A stretch of DNA of 64,000 nt from Deltaproteobacteria bacterium (GTDB lineage: Bacteria > UBA10199 > SBBF01): contig JACPFC010000016.1 in the NCBI GenBank assembly GCA_016183175.1, forward strand, positions 11,932 through 75,931, read 5' to 3'. Positions within the stretch are counted from its first letter, which is position 1. The number at the start of each line of letters is the position of its first letter. This document shows, piece after piece, positions 1 to 10,070 of the stretch. The position numbers and the translations under genes are program-made. The notes under the pieces are model-generated. The model was not told where the DNA came from. It saw only the letters and a program-made list of their open reading frames with translations, and did not search any database.

Positions 1-89
1 TTCCTTGCCGGTTTTTTTATCCGTGACGACGAATTTGGGCATTAACTTCAGTCGCTCGTTTTTCGTATCTCGTCGCTCGTCAAAAGCGA

Positions 90-118
90 GTCACAAGTCA
101 CGAGTCACGAGCCACGGG
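90..118. repeat. Heptanucleotide tandem repeat (AGTCACG-like, x4) just 3' of the TPR gene
   Basis: Direct reading: agtcaca agtcacg agtcacg agccacg. Confidence 0.6.
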
Positions 119-1432
119 TTATTTGCACCCCCCCCACTCCTTGATCTGTTGATTCAACCGGTTCACCTCGGTCTCATAGCCGGAGGGTTTCGACTGAATG
201 AACTTGCAGTAATAAGCCCTGGCGTTATTCGTGTCTCCTTGCGTCTCGTACAGATGCCCCAGCGAATAGAGCGCCCGAACGTGTGAGGGGTTGATATTCA
301 ATGTTTTTTGGTACCAGGTGATGGCGTTGGGGACGTCATTAAGCGTCTGATGAGTGAAGGCGATATTGAAGGCGGCGTCGGACAGGTTTGGTTTGAGCTT
401 GAGGGCCGACTCGTAGGCCTTGACGGCCAGATGCAGTTCGCCCGAGGCCTTTCCCGCATTCCCCTTGTTTTTGGCCTCCAGCCCCATTTGCAAATGGGTG
501 AAGCCTGCGTTGAAATAGGCCTGATCGTTGGTCGGGTCTGCCGCTATCACGGCATCGAATTCCTTCAAGGCCAGCGCATAATTTTTTTCTTTCAGATAGG
601 AAATCCCCAGATTCAGATGCGCCGACGGCGATTCGGGGGCATTTGTCATCGCCTGATTAAGCGCCTGCTGGGCCTTTAATGTCTCACCGGTCTGGTTGTA
701 GAGGGTGGAGAGATTCACCCAGGCATCCGAGATCTTCGGGTTGATTTCGAGGGCCAGCTTGTAGCGAATGATGGCATCCTCAAACTTCCCCAGCTCCTGA
801 TAGACCTTGGCCAGCTCGTTGTGGGCATAGGGATGTTCGGCGTTCAGGCGCGTGGCGTTCTTCAAGGCGTCCACCGCGTTTTTGAGTTTCTCATTTCCGC
901 CGCCCGCATGCGCCATCGCGACGTAGGTCAGCCCCAGGTTATAGTAGGCGTCGCTGAATTTGCTGTTGTTCTTGATCGCCTTTTTAAATTGGGCAATCGC
1001 GTCGTCATAACGGCCGAGATTGTAATAGACCGTTCCCAGATGGTTGTAGGGGGAGGCATATTTTTTGTCCAGCGAGATGGCCGTTTGAAGGGCCTGGATA
1101 GCCGACTCCATCTGCCCCTTGAATTTGTAGGCCAGCCCGAGATTATTCCATGCCTCCACGTAGTTGGGGTTGACCTCGGTGGCGGTTTTGAACTCAAAGA
1201 GCGCCCGCTCCATGTCCCCCTCATACATGGCGGTGACGCCGCGGTTGTTATGAAGAATGGCCCGGTCGGAGGGCTTGCCCGCCTTTTCTTTGGCGGAGAT
1301 GGAGAAGGAGAGAACAAACAGACCGGCAAAGGCGAGAGAGTAGAAAGCAGAAAGCGGAAAGCGGAAAGCGGATTGATGGTCTGCTTTCTGCTTTCGGCTT
1401 TCTGATCTCTGATTTCTCGTTTTTGTCTTCAC
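119..1432 (-). CDS. TPR-repeat protein with N-terminal hydrophobic signal/anchor
   Basis: Multiple TPR-like 34-aa repeats (AWNNLGLAY..., AYYNLGLTY...); hydrophobic stretch LAFAGLFVLSFSISA near N-terminus. Confidence 0.6.
   Translation of the reverse strand: MKTKTRNQRSESRKQKADHQSAFRFPLSAFYSLAFAGLFVLSFSISAKEKAGKPSDRAILHNNRGVTAMYEGDMERALFEFKTATEVNPNYVEAWNNLGLAYKFKGQMESAIQALQTAISLDKKYASPYNHLGTVYYNLGRYDDAIAQFKKAIKNNSKFSDAYYNLGLTYVAMAHAGGGNEKLKNAVDALKNATRLNAEHPYAHNELAKVYQELGKFEDAIIRYKLALEINPKISDAWVNLSTLYNQTGETLKAQQALNQAMTNAPESPSAHLNLGISYLKEKNYALALKEFDAVIAADPTNDQAYFNAGFTHLQMGLEAKNKGNAGKASGELHLAVKAYESALKLKPNLSDAAFNIAFTHQTLNDVPNAITWYQKTLNINPSHVRALYSLGHLYETQGDTNNARAYYCKFIQSKPSGYETEVNRLNQQIKEWGGCK
1334..1418. 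repeat. Imperfect ~40-bp-stem hairpin built from GAAAGCG heptamer tandem repeats and their inverted copy, inside the 5' end of the TPR ORF
   Basis: agaaagc agaaagc ggaaagc ggaaagc gg ... ctgctttctgctttcggctttctg (inverted arm). Confidence 0.55.
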
Positions 1433-1482
1433 TCTTCTTCCCCCTCATTATCGGCCGCACCGACATGAAAGTTGCTCCAAAA

Positions 1483-2388
1483 TCAACATCCTTTTGTCCG
1501 CCCCTCCAGAATACCGACCACCCAGTCGATCAGTTGCGACTTTTTTGATGCTCCGGCCGCCAGTTTTCCCCTTTCCAAAACCTGGTTTCCCTCAACGACC
1601 ATCAATGTCGGATCCTTTCCCGCCGATTTGTCGATGGCCGCCAGCATAAAAATGGTCCGCGCCATTTCCTCATAGGCGGTTTTAAAAGTATATGAGGCGA
1701 TGGTTGCCTTTTCAAACCAGACTTTTGCCGCTCCCAAATCCACCTCCCGAAATGCGCCGCTTTTTTCCATCCCTTTCACGTAATAACGAAAGGCCTCGAA
1801 GGTGGGGCCTTGTTCCTGGAATTTTTTCAGGCTTTTTACGTCCGCCCCTTTCCGGCCGACACGTTGCAGTATTGTTCCGGCGGCGTCGGCGGCAACGTTA
1901 AAGAAGCGTTCATTCTGCTGGGCGGCAAATTCCATCACCGTGCCGATTTCCTGTTTGGCATTCACGTCGGCCACTTTGACAAAATACCGGAGGAGTTCCC
2001 CCTTTTTCTGGAACATCCCGTAGACGGCATGCGTGGCGCCAAGGGAGGCCGCCGCCGAAATAATCCGGTCGTCGGCAAAAAGATCGGTTGAGGCCAATGC
2101 GGAGGCGGAGTTGAAGACGAGGAACGGGTGGATCACGCCGATTTTCGCCTGCGAGTACAGAATTTCGTAGAAGAGCAGGGCGAACCCCTTTTCCAGCGTC
2201 GGATCGGAGGCGCCGCCGGAGGCGTCCTGAAACGGAAAGATCGCGAGGCGGATTTCCTGTCCGGCGACTTGTAACTTGAGATAACTCGCCAACGCCCCGT
2301 CCATCGCCTCGGGCGAGCAGGTGACTTGCGCCCGGACGGGGTTTGAAAAAAGGGTGAAAATCAGAAGAAAAACCGCGCATGGCCTCAT
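1483..2388 (-). CDS. Secreted hypothetical protein with TolB-N/CsgG-like motif
   Basis: Signal peptide MRPCAVFLLIFTLFSNPVRA; motif RLAIFPFQDASGG resembles the IAVLPF-N-SG motif of TolB-N-terminal/CsgG-like domains. Confidence 0.35.
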   Translation of the reverse strand: MRPCAVFLLIFTLFSNPVRAQVTCSPEAMDGALASYLKLQVAGQEIRLAIFPFQDASGGASDPTLEKGFALLFYEILYSQAKIGVIHPFLVFNSASALASTDLFADDRIISAAASLGATHAVYGMFQKKGELLRYFVKVADVNAKQEIGTVMEFAAQQNERFFNVAADAAGTILQRVGRKGADVKSLKKFQEQGPTFEAFRYYVKGMEKSGAFREVDLGAAKVWFEKATIASYTFKTAYEEMARTIFMLAAIDKSAGKDPTLMVVEGNQVLERGKLAAGASKKSQLIDWVVGILEGRTKGC

Positions 2389-2427
2389 CGGGTTCGATTA
2401 TAGGGAGGGGGGAAAGAGGGGTCAATG

Positions 2428-3600
2428 TTAAAGAAGGCGAAGTTCCCCCAAAAATTCCTGCCAGGGAAGGAATTCGATGTTGTGGTCTTTATAGGGCCGG
2501 GGGCTTTGGCAAACGCAGATGGCGCGGGCCACGGGGTGATCGCCGATAAAACTTCGCAATCCGCCGACATCGGCCAGGCGGGGCCGGCTTCCCGATTTGA
2601 TTTCGACAGCCCATATCCGTTCGCCCTGTTGCAGGATAAGATCGACCTCGGCCCCGTCTGTTGTCCTGAAAAAACCGAGCTGAACCTCCCGCTCGCGATA
2701 ATCGACAAGGCGGCGTGTTTCGAGGATAATCCAGTGTTCAAAGGCATCCCCGTACGGCCGGGAGGCAGGCACGAGTTCCGCGGACAATTGATGCTTCAGC
2801 GCGTTCGCCACCCCGGGGTCGAAGAGGTAGAATTTCGGATGGGAGACCAGTTTTTTTCGGTGCGAACGGGTCAAAGGATATAAAAAAAAGCCCAAAAGGG
2901 TGTCTTCCAGAATGTGAAAATATTCCCTTATTGTTTTCGAGTCGACCCCCGCCTCTCTCGATATATTGGAAAAATTAAGGATGTTTCCATTCTCGAACGC
3001 CGCCAATTCCAAAAATCGGGAAAAAGCGGGGACATTCCTTGTCAAGGCCTCCTGCTGAATCTCTTCGATCAAATAGTTTTCGACGTAGCTTTTTAACAGG
3101 CGGATTTTTGCCGGCAGATCTTTTGTCAGAACCACTTTTGGCAGGGTTCCAAAGCGCAGGCATGCCTCGAGAGAAAAATCCTCCTTCAATTCCTGTGAAG
3201 TGAGGGGATGCAGATGACGCGTTATGGCTCTCCCTCCCAAAAGATTCACCCCCCCCCTTCTCAATTTTCGGGCGCTTGACCCGGTGAGAATAAAGCGGAT
3301 GTTTCTTTCCGATTCCATCAGGGAGTGAACGTCATTGAGCATTTCCGGAACTCGCTGAATTTCGTCGATAACCACAAGGAGTTTTTCCGGCTTGAGGGCG
3401 GCGACTTCTTTCGGAAGCAGGGAAAGGTCTTTGGAATATCGAAGGTACTGGTCATTTTTCAGAAGATCGATATAAAGGTCCGGTTTAAGACTTGATTTTA
3501 TAAGATATGTTTTACCTGTCTGCCGTGGACCAAACAGAAAAACCGATTCATTGTAGTTGGTTAGGCCTAGAATTCTTGGTATCATATTCCTAATATACAC
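2428..3600 (-). CDS. AAA-family ATPase (DUF4143-type)
   Basis: Walker A GPRQTGKT near N-terminus; overall layout typical of the widespread ATPase/DUF4143 family. Confidence 0.65.
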   Translation of the reverse strand: MYIRNMIPRILGLTNYNESVFLFGPRQTGKTYLIKSSLKPDLYIDLLKNDQYLRYSKDLSLLPKEVAALKPEKLLVVIDEIQRVPEMLNDVHSLMESERNIRFILTGSSARKLRRGGVNLLGGRAITRHLHPLTSQELKEDFSLEACLRFGTLPKVVLTKDLPAKIRLLKSYVENYLIEEIQQEALTRNVPAFSRFLELAAFENGNILNFSNISREAGVDSKTIREYFHILEDTLLGFFLYPLTRSHRKKLVSHPKFYLFDPGVANALKHQLSAELVPASRPYGDAFEHWIILETRRLVDYREREVQLGFFRTTDGAEVDLILQQGERIWAVEIKSGSRPRLADVGGLRSFIGDHPVARAICVCQSPRPYKDHNIEFLPWQEFLGELRLL

Positions 3601-4161
3601 GTATTTTTAGGAATATAAAGAAAATTTTACGGGAAAAATATACCTAAATGATGGATTAATTTTAAAATTATTAAATGAATGAATAAATTATTGCTCAACT
3701 TTTTCTTGCAGGTGCCGATAAAGAGTGAGATTTAAACAATCCACTCTTATGGCTACTTCAACCGGTTCAATCGATCCGAATAAAAGGCAGGTTCCGCCGG
3801 ATGTTTCCGGTGCTTCCGATGGCTCAGCACCCCCCGCCAGGGGAAAAGCAGGGGAGGTGCAAGGAAATCCCACAGGGGATCTCTTTGTGGTGCGCGGGGA
3901 GAGCCCGGATCGCCTTTTGCAAAGGGTGACCGAAGGGGGTGATCCCTATCTCGCCTTTTGACCCGGTCACCGCAAATGGGATGAACAGCGGCCCCCTGCA
4001 ACAGGGTTGGGACTTTATTCGGGAGGCATGGCCGCGCCCTGGTGCGGTCCTTTAATTCCGTCGGTGACTCTTTCCGTCCTGCCCGGAGTCATTATTCCGG
4101 CCGCCCTGCCGGTTGTCCCTGTCGGCGGTGCCCCGGCCTTCATGCCCGTTCCGGTTTCCCT

Positions 4162-4262
4162 CTAAGGCGGCAGGGCCGCCAACCAAAGGGTCCGAATGGA
4201 CCACCAAACAGTTCGCAAACTTCTTCGCAAGATGCGTAGAAGTTGCGGAGTAAGAATCTAAA
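4162..4262. repeat. ~100-bp conserved noncoding element, copy 1 (second copy at 49730-49829)
   Basis: ctaaggcggcagggccgccaaccaaa[g/t]ggtccgaatgga...caaacttcttcgcaa[g/a]atgcg[t/c]agaagttgc[g/a]g[a/g]gtaagaatctaaa, >90% identical between copies. Confidence 0.8.
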
Positions 4263-4382
4263 CAGGGGGCGTTTCAAACGGCCCGGTCGCCGGTGATGAT
4301 AAGGGCCCCGGCGCGGTGATAAACGGCTTGGCTGGTTGAGGAAATTGACTTTGAGCGAAATGTGTTATTTAATAGTTTTTAT

Positions 4383-4607
4383 ATGACACTGGCCGAAAAA
4401 ATTGTTCATAAGCTGGAAAAACTCCCCAAACCGGCTCAAGCCGAGGTGCTTGATTTTGTTGAATTTTTGAAGGCGAAGAGAAAGAGCGGTTTCGCTGGAG
4501 GTGGTGATGCCTGGTCTGATTTTTCGCTCGCCAACGCCATGAGCGGCATGGAAGCGGAGAGTTTTCCCGAATATGCTCTTGCAGATCTAAAAGAAAAATT
4601 TTCATGA
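4383..4607 (+). CDS. Small putative antitoxin-like protein (DUF2281-like)
   Basis: 74 aa from MTLAEKIVHKLEKLPKPAQAEVLDFVEFLKAK; resembles small antitoxin-like proteins; located beside repeat copy 1. Confidence 0.3.
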   Translation: MTLAEKIVHKLEKLPKPAQAEVLDFVEFLKAKRKSGFAGGGDAWSDFSLANAMSGMEAESFPEYALADLKEKFS

Positions 4608-4655
4608 TCAAGCCCGGGCAAGTAGTTCTACTCCATTTTCCCCAAACCAACCAGC

Positions 4656-6881
4656 ATGGCTGAAACCTTCGACAAAACCCGGGACGATATCGCGCTTGAT
4701 AAGGGCGATGTTTTGATCAAGCCGGAGGAGTATGAGGCGAAAATTCCGGCGTCGAATATCGCCTATCCCTGCCTGGAAATGCTCTCCGGCCTTGAGGAAG
4801 GGATGGTCGTGCCGCTTAAAACCGGCGAGTCCCTCATCGGCCGCGCCAAGGGAAATCCCGTTCGCCTGGACGACACCTCGGTCTCGCGCGCCCATGCGCG
4901 TCTGACGATCGAGGGGGATCGCATCGCCATCGCCGATCTGGGGAGCCGGAACGGGACCACCGTCAACGGGAAAAAAATCGGGGAGGGAGAGGAACACCCT
5001 CTTTCAAATCTCGATCAGATCAAAATCGGCATCTATCTGTTTCGTCTCCTGACAAGGGCCCCCACAAAGGAGGAGGAAGAGATGGAGGCCCGGCGCGAGG
5101 AGGCGAAAAATTCCAAAGCGGCCACCTTTGTCGCCGGTAGTGTCAGCGACACCGGCAGTGCCCCTGGCACGGGAGGCAACGAGGCACCGGAGACACCGTC
5201 AACAACAGACACGCCGCCAAAGACCACACCACCGGCTTATGTCGGGGAGGAGAGTATGAAAACGGAGCCGGCGGAAAAGGCGCTGATCGTTCATCCCGCT
5301 TTGGGATTTCAGGACGAGGTCCTCGGTGCGCGGTCCAATATTTTAAAAAATGTGTTTATCGTCATCAGCGTGGTGACCGCCCTCGCGGGATTGTCCTATT
5401 TTCTCTTCTTTGGCCCAAATGGAAAGGACGTTCAGACAGCGCCATCCGCGACGGTCGCCGCCAAAACGGAAGAACCTCCGGCAGTGCCGCCAACGCCTGA
5501 AACGCCTCCGGCGCCGGAAGTGTCCCTGACGAGTCAGGAGTCAGGCCCGCCGGAAAAACTCATTCCCGAATTCAATGTCTTTCTGGATCTCGCCTCCCAG
5601 CCGACGACGGCCCGGATCTTTTTTGAAGGGAAGGAAATCGGCCAGACGCCGTCGAAGATAAGCATACCGGTCGAGACAGGAAAGGAATACGAAGTCGTCG
5701 CCGAATTCGATTTGAAAGACATCCGTGACAAATACCAACAGAAACTTTCCTTCAAGGCCGACCCGCGGCAGGAGGTGGTTCCGCTTGCCTTCAACGCCGA
5801 CATCGGCGTCATCAAAATCCAGAAACTGCCACGAGACGTTTCGTTCTATCTGGAGGGGTATTACGCCTACGACAAATACAAGGCCAACCCGGTCAAGCTC
5901 ACCGAGATTATCTACGGCAAGCCCATTTATGTCCCCTACGGAAACTACACCATCGAGTTGAGGGAAAAAACCCGCGTCGGCGATTCCAGCACCTTTGTGG
6001 ACGAGATCCGCTATCACCGGCAGGTCGAGGTCAATGCGGATCGCAAGGTTATCGAGCTGGCGGTGACGGAGCGCGATCTCCAGTTCTTTCCGGCGAATAT
6101 CCGGAGCGTTCCCTCCGGGGCCGATGTCTATTTCGACGGCGAAAAAATCGGCGCCACGCCGTACACGGGGGAGCTCCCGCTCGGCAAGCATGAACTCAAA
6201 CTGGTGCGTGAGGGATTTTTCGACAACGTCATGCCTTTGGACATGCGGACCAACACCCAGTTCGAGACGAAAATAGAGCTCAAGACCTCCAAGGTGGGGG
6301 AGTTCATCAACCGGGCGCGAGAGTATCGCCACACGGGGCAGTACCAGCCGGCGATCGACGAGCTGGTTGAAGCGCTCAAGCTCGATGCGGCCGATCGCGA
6401 AAAGGCGGAGATCCATCTTTTGTTGGGCGACAGTTACTTTATGATGGGGAATAACCAGAACGCCCTGACTTATTTTGAGCAGGCCAAGAGCCACGCCGAT
6501 TTTTACTATCGCGCGCTGGTGGGCCTGGCCCGGGCCAATCTGGCTACCGGTAACCGAACCGCCTCCCTCACCGGTCTGGTGGAGGTGTTTTTGAACATTA
6601 CCGACGCCGATCCGCTCAAAAAGGAGGCCCTTTCGGTTTTCAAACAGCTCTCGCCGCTCAAATCGGTCATTTATGTTTCCACCGAACCCTCCGGCGCCAC
6701 GGTTTACGTGAACAATCAGGAGGCCCAACAGAAAACGCCGGTCATCATCTCCGACCTCGCCCTCGGCAACTACCGCATCGAAATCCAGAAGACCGGCTTC
6801 GAACCGCAACAGATCAAAAAGAACCTGAAGCTCACCGAGTTCGTGCCCATTATTGTCAAACTGAAGCCGCAGGGTCTTTAG
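4656..6881 (+). CDS. FHA-domain, single-TM, periplasmic PEGA/TPR-domain protein (candidate SctD/CdsD-like ring component or signalling protein)
   Basis: N-terminal FHA motif (GRAKGNPVRLDDTSVSRAHARL...GSRNGTTVNG); Pro/Thr-rich linker; TM FIVISVVTALAGLSYFLFF; C-terminal PEGA-like segments (PSGADVYFDGEKIGATPY; PSGATVYVNNQEAQQKTPV) and TPR region. Confidence 0.55.
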   Translation: MAETFDKTRDDIALDKGDVLIKPEEYEAKIPASNIAYPCLEMLSGLEEGMVVPLKTGESLIGRAKGNPVRLDDTSVSRAHARLTIEGDRIAIADLGSRNGTTVNGKKIGEGEEHPLSNLDQIKIGIYLFRLLTRAPTKEEEEMEARREEAKNSKAATFVAGSVSDTGSAPGTGGNEAPETPSTTDTPPKTTPPAYVGEESMKTEPAEKALIVHPALGFQDEVLGARSNILKNVFIVISVVTALAGLSYFLFFGPNGKDVQTAPSATVAAKTEEPPAVPPTPETPPAPEVSLTSQESGPPEKLIPEFNVFLDLASQPTTARIFFEGKEIGQTPSKISIPVETGKEYEVVAEFDLKDIRDKYQQKLSFKADPRQEVVPLAFNADIGVIKIQKLPRDVSFYLEGYYAYDKYKANPVKLTEIIYGKPIYVPYGNYTIELREKTRVGDSSTFVDEIRYHRQVEVNADRKVIELAVTERDLQFFPANIRSVPSGADVYFDGEKIGATPYTGELPLGKHELKLVREGFFDNVMPLDMRTNTQFETKIELKTSKVGEFINRAREYRHTGQYQPAIDELVEALKLDAADREKAEIHLLLGDSYFMMGNNQNALTYFEQAKSHADFYYRALVGLARANLATGNRTASLTGLVEVFLNITDADPLKKEALSVFKQLSPLKSVIYVSTEPSGATVYVNNQEAQQKTPVIISDLALGNYRIEIQKTGFEPQQIKKNLKLTEFVPIIVKLKPQGL

Positions 6882-7008
6882 GGGGGTGTTGGCTTTTTTA
6901 CTGTCTTCCTAAAATTACTATCCCTCCTAAAATTTACTGCCACGCTCAAAAAAGGAGGCAACTTTTTTTGCCCTTGGACGATAAAGGGGATAAGTCTCAT
7001 TTCTCTTT

Positions 7009-9435
7009 ATGCCGATTGACCGCTTCAGTGACGCCGAGCGTTGGCTTGTGTGGAGGTATTTGCACCGGGAAGATCCGGCCGGCCAATCCATGCCCGAAGG
7101 TTGGCAACCGACGGTTGACGACCTCGACCGATATAACGAGGCGTACCCCGAAAGCGAACTCGCTGAACAAATCCGCGCCGCACGCGCCGCCCCTCTCCCT
7201 CCCATTGCCCGTACTCTTCCCGACGTCGGCGCCGGCGGTGTTTTCCGGGCGGATATGCCGGCCAGCCCGACTCTCCATTCAATTCTTGAAGCCGGCCATA
7301 TTCCGTTCTTGTGGATGGATCAGCAGGATCAGCAAATCACGCTGGGAAAAGCAGGCGAAAATAATCTGATTCTGCGTGATGAGGGGCCGGCACCCGCGCT
7401 TTGGAATACGACCGAACGTGTTCATGATCTGTTTCTTGGAGAGCGCCACATCGGGGATATTCACATCAAACTGGACGAGCCTGATTCATTTCATGTCTGG
7501 CTGACGCTCGACGATTCTACATACGCAAAAGAGGTCCACAAGATATTAAGCGGATATCTGGCGCGAGAGGCCTCTCTGTGGAACAAAGGGCTTGTCTGGC
7601 ATTTTGCCTATCTTGGCGAACTCTATTCTCATCAGGGCGATCTCGACATCAATTTATCGTCTTCCTCCAAGACAACCCTCACCGTGACCGGTTACGCCAA
7701 AGATCCTCTCCCTCCATTATCCGATAAGTCGTCGCCCGCCCATTTCGGCGAACTTTTTTTGCGCTGGTATGCCGATCCGCAACGGATGAAGAGGGCACGA
7801 ATCGAGGCGAAAGGAATAATTATCAATGACCTGTTTGCCTATTCCTATTTCGCGCGTCATTACCAATTCATCACAACGCTTACCGGGCCCGAGGTGCGGG
7901 AAATTGCCGTCTTTGGGGCCGGACATCGCGATATCGATGACGGAACGATTGAGGTCCACGAGCCCTATGAATGGGCCGCTCATTTTCCGAACGCCCAAAT
8001 TACGGTGTTTGATGGAAACCCGCGTATTTTAGAATATCTGTCGGAGTCAAACAACAGACCCCGCCGGGCAACACCGGAAAGATTTTCTGGGTTGCCCAAA
8101 GAAGATTATCCGGCTTACCTCGCACAATTCGGCATTGATCAAGGAAAACTGCCCAGATCTGGCGCCAAATTTGAAATCCCCAAGAATGTGGTCAAACGTG
8201 TTTTGCCCCATGCCCTTCAATTTTTAACCGAACCGGTGCCGGATAAGAAATTCGATCTGATCTCCTGCATGAACGTTCTCTATTATCTGATCTTAAAGCA
8301 GGAAGGCGTCTCTCTGGCAAAGGCCTTTCTCATTCAACTGGCCGATGCCTTAAAACCGTCGGGACGTCTTGTGATTACCCACCACTCGGGCGATGATCCT
8401 TTTTTATCGGCGGCGAAGGCCGCCGCTCTCGGTCTGGATTTGAAAATCACGACTGATCAAGCCCTTTCGGGAAAAGACACAGAACAATCAGACAATTCGT
8501 TGCGTGCGTACATCACCTACGCCAAAATCGGCGACGGCACGCCGCTTTTGCGCGAGCTGGCAACCCAAGTAAAAAAACAGATGCGCGGAAGGGATAAGCC
8601 GGGGCCGATCCTCGATGCCCTTCGGACCCCCATAACAGGTTTCAGTGAGGCGGTGTCCCGGGCCATGAGGCGTTTGATCTCTTTAATCAGGGACAGGAAA
8701 AAGGCCGAGGGCTTCACCCATGACCTGTTAAAGGCGGCAGAGGAAATTTTTGGGCGAAAGGACGAAGAAGCGGTGGTCCTTTTGGGCGATGTCATTTTAA
8801 ATCTTGTGGAAATCGATACGAAAAATCGCTTCCCGAACACCAAGCTTGATATATTGAGGGGGGCCTTTTTGGCGGCAGGCGCCGATGATATCAACCGCCT
8901 TAGGGCCTACCGGGGTCTTTCTTATGTCTTTGCCAATGGCCAACCCTCGGAACAGAGACATGCCTTGGAGGTGATAGCAAGAAAAACAGCCATGTACGAG
9001 GAGGCAAGATTTTTGGCAACTCTAATGCAAACTCATCCGGAACATCATGCGGGAACGACAGGGAAATGGGTTGACGAACATGTCGCGGTGCAATGGCTGG
9101 CCGACACTTGGCGGGCCGAAACGCCGGCGCCGGCCAGAAAAGACCCCAACCCCATCTTTATCTTGCCCCTCGCCCTCTCGTTGTCGCAGGGGTTGGAAGC
9201 CGCTGATTGGACTCTTTCTAAAGGACTGCATCGTGACAACGCGTCATCGAGCTTGGAAACAGGCGTTGGCATTTACACCCAAGTTATGCCGGCCGCTCTT
9301 TCTCTTAATTATGTTGCCGCATCCCCGCTGACCGTTCTCCCCGCTTTGCTCCCCGCCGCCGCGATGGTTTTTACTCCCGTTGCCGTTCCAACCGCCGCGC
9401 CTTTTATTGCGCCTGTTCCGGTTCCCTTCTGCTAA
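7009..9435 (+). CDS. Large hypothetical protein (808 aa) with possible class-I SAM-methyltransferase-like segment
   Basis: Long ORF with coding-like composition; segment VFGAGHRD...DLISCMNVLYYL...LKPSGRLVI resembles MTase motifs I and post-I; no other recognisable family. Confidence 0.35.
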   Translation: MPIDRFSDAERWLVWRYLHREDPAGQSMPEGWQPTVDDLDRYNEAYPESELAEQIRAARAAPLPPIARTLPDVGAGGVFRADMPASPTLHSILEAGHIPFLWMDQQDQQITLGKAGENNLILRDEGPAPALWNTTERVHDLFLGERHIGDIHIKLDEPDSFHVWLTLDDSTYAKEVHKILSGYLAREASLWNKGLVWHFAYLGELYSHQGDLDINLSSSSKTTLTVTGYAKDPLPPLSDKSSPAHFGELFLRWYADPQRMKRARIEAKGIIINDLFAYSYFARHYQFITTLTGPEVREIAVFGAGHRDIDDGTIEVHEPYEWAAHFPNAQITVFDGNPRILEYLSESNNRPRRATPERFSGLPKEDYPAYLAQFGIDQGKLPRSGAKFEIPKNVVKRVLPHALQFLTEPVPDKKFDLISCMNVLYYLILKQEGVSLAKAFLIQLADALKPSGRLVITHHSGDDPFLSAAKAAALGLDLKITTDQALSGKDTEQSDNSLRAYITYAKIGDGTPLLRELATQVKKQMRGRDKPGPILDALRTPITGFSEAVSRAMRRLISLIRDRKKAEGFTHDLLKAAEEIFGRKDEEAVVLLGDVILNLVEIDTKNRFPNTKLDILRGAFLAAGADDINRLRAYRGLSYVFANGQPSEQRHALEVIARKTAMYEEARFLATLMQTHPEHHAGTTGKWVDEHVAVQWLADTWRAETPAPARKDPNPIFILPLALSLSQGLEAADWTLSKGLHRDNASSSLETGVGIYTQVMPAALSLNYVAASPLTVLPALLPAAAMVFTPVAVPTAAPFIAPVPVPFC

Positions 9436-9466
9436 ATGGCGGGCCTTGGCCCGATAATTTCATCGT

Positions 9467-9495
9467 TTGACGAATTCCCCCGTTTCGTGTATTTT
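9467..9495 (+). promoter_or_regulatory. Candidate sigma70-type promoter upstream of the secretion-system cluster
   Basis: TTGACG - 17 nt - TATTTT in an AT-richer 200-bp gap before the 9635 gene. Confidence 0.35.
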
Positions 9496-9634
9496 ACTCA
9501 ATAATTTCAACAATTTCTAAAAGAGGGAGGGTTCCCGCCGAGCGCCGACCGAACAGGGAGGATAAAGCGAGGTGGGAGCGGACCCGACAAAAACGATGAA
9601 GCGATTAATCAACTCGTAGCAAAAAAGGAGATTT

Positions 9635-9934
9635 ATGAAAGAAAAGGCTGTCTCCACGGTTTCTGCGGGAAAAGTTCCTCTGGGCTATCCCACCATCGAA
9701 AGGCTCATCGAGACCGAGGATTTTTCGAAAGTGAACCAGACAGTCTCGGCCTGTTATGATAAACTGGAAAAGATGCTGAAGGGAAAAGGAGGGGGCCTTT
9801 CCAAACAAAAGGGGATCCGGGCCGCGCTAAAAGCCTATGATTTGACCATTGATTTGTTGAGAGACCTGCTCAAGGTGAAGTATGATATCATTAAGAAAAA
9901 GCAGGTCGAGATGGGGGGAGGCAAAAATAAATAA
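9635..9934 (+). CDS. Small hypothetical protein (position analogous to YscE-type needle co-chaperone)
   Basis: 99-aa ORF with RBS-like aaaaggag before ATG; immediately precedes the needle-like gene; no sequence-based family call. Confidence 0.3.
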   Translation: MKEKAVSTVSAGKVPLGYPTIERLIETEDFSKVNQTVSACYDKLEKMLKGKGGGLSKQKGIRAALKAYDLTIDLLRDLLKVKYDIIKKKQVEMGGGKNK

Positions 9935-10070
9935 GAAAAAAAGCAACTCCGGAGGGGGTGGCGGACGATAACAGGGTTGAGAGGGGACACCGTCCCGAAG
10001 GACATGATGATCCCTTCAGGCAGGCCTCATAAGAGAGGCCCCGTTAAAAGTCAAAAGAGGAGGTTTTATT

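Noticed and set aside
5541-6809. 422-aa minus-strand ORF antisense to the FHA/PEGA gene
   Set aside because: Antisense shadow ORF in high-GC DNA; no recognisable features, while the plus-strand protein has FHA and PEGA motifs
9433-9457. Sigma28-type promoter TAAA-N-CCCGATAA just upstream of the cluster
   Set aside because: Spacing to the -10 element is 13 rather than 15 nt and the -10 has an extra C; kept only as a weak possibility
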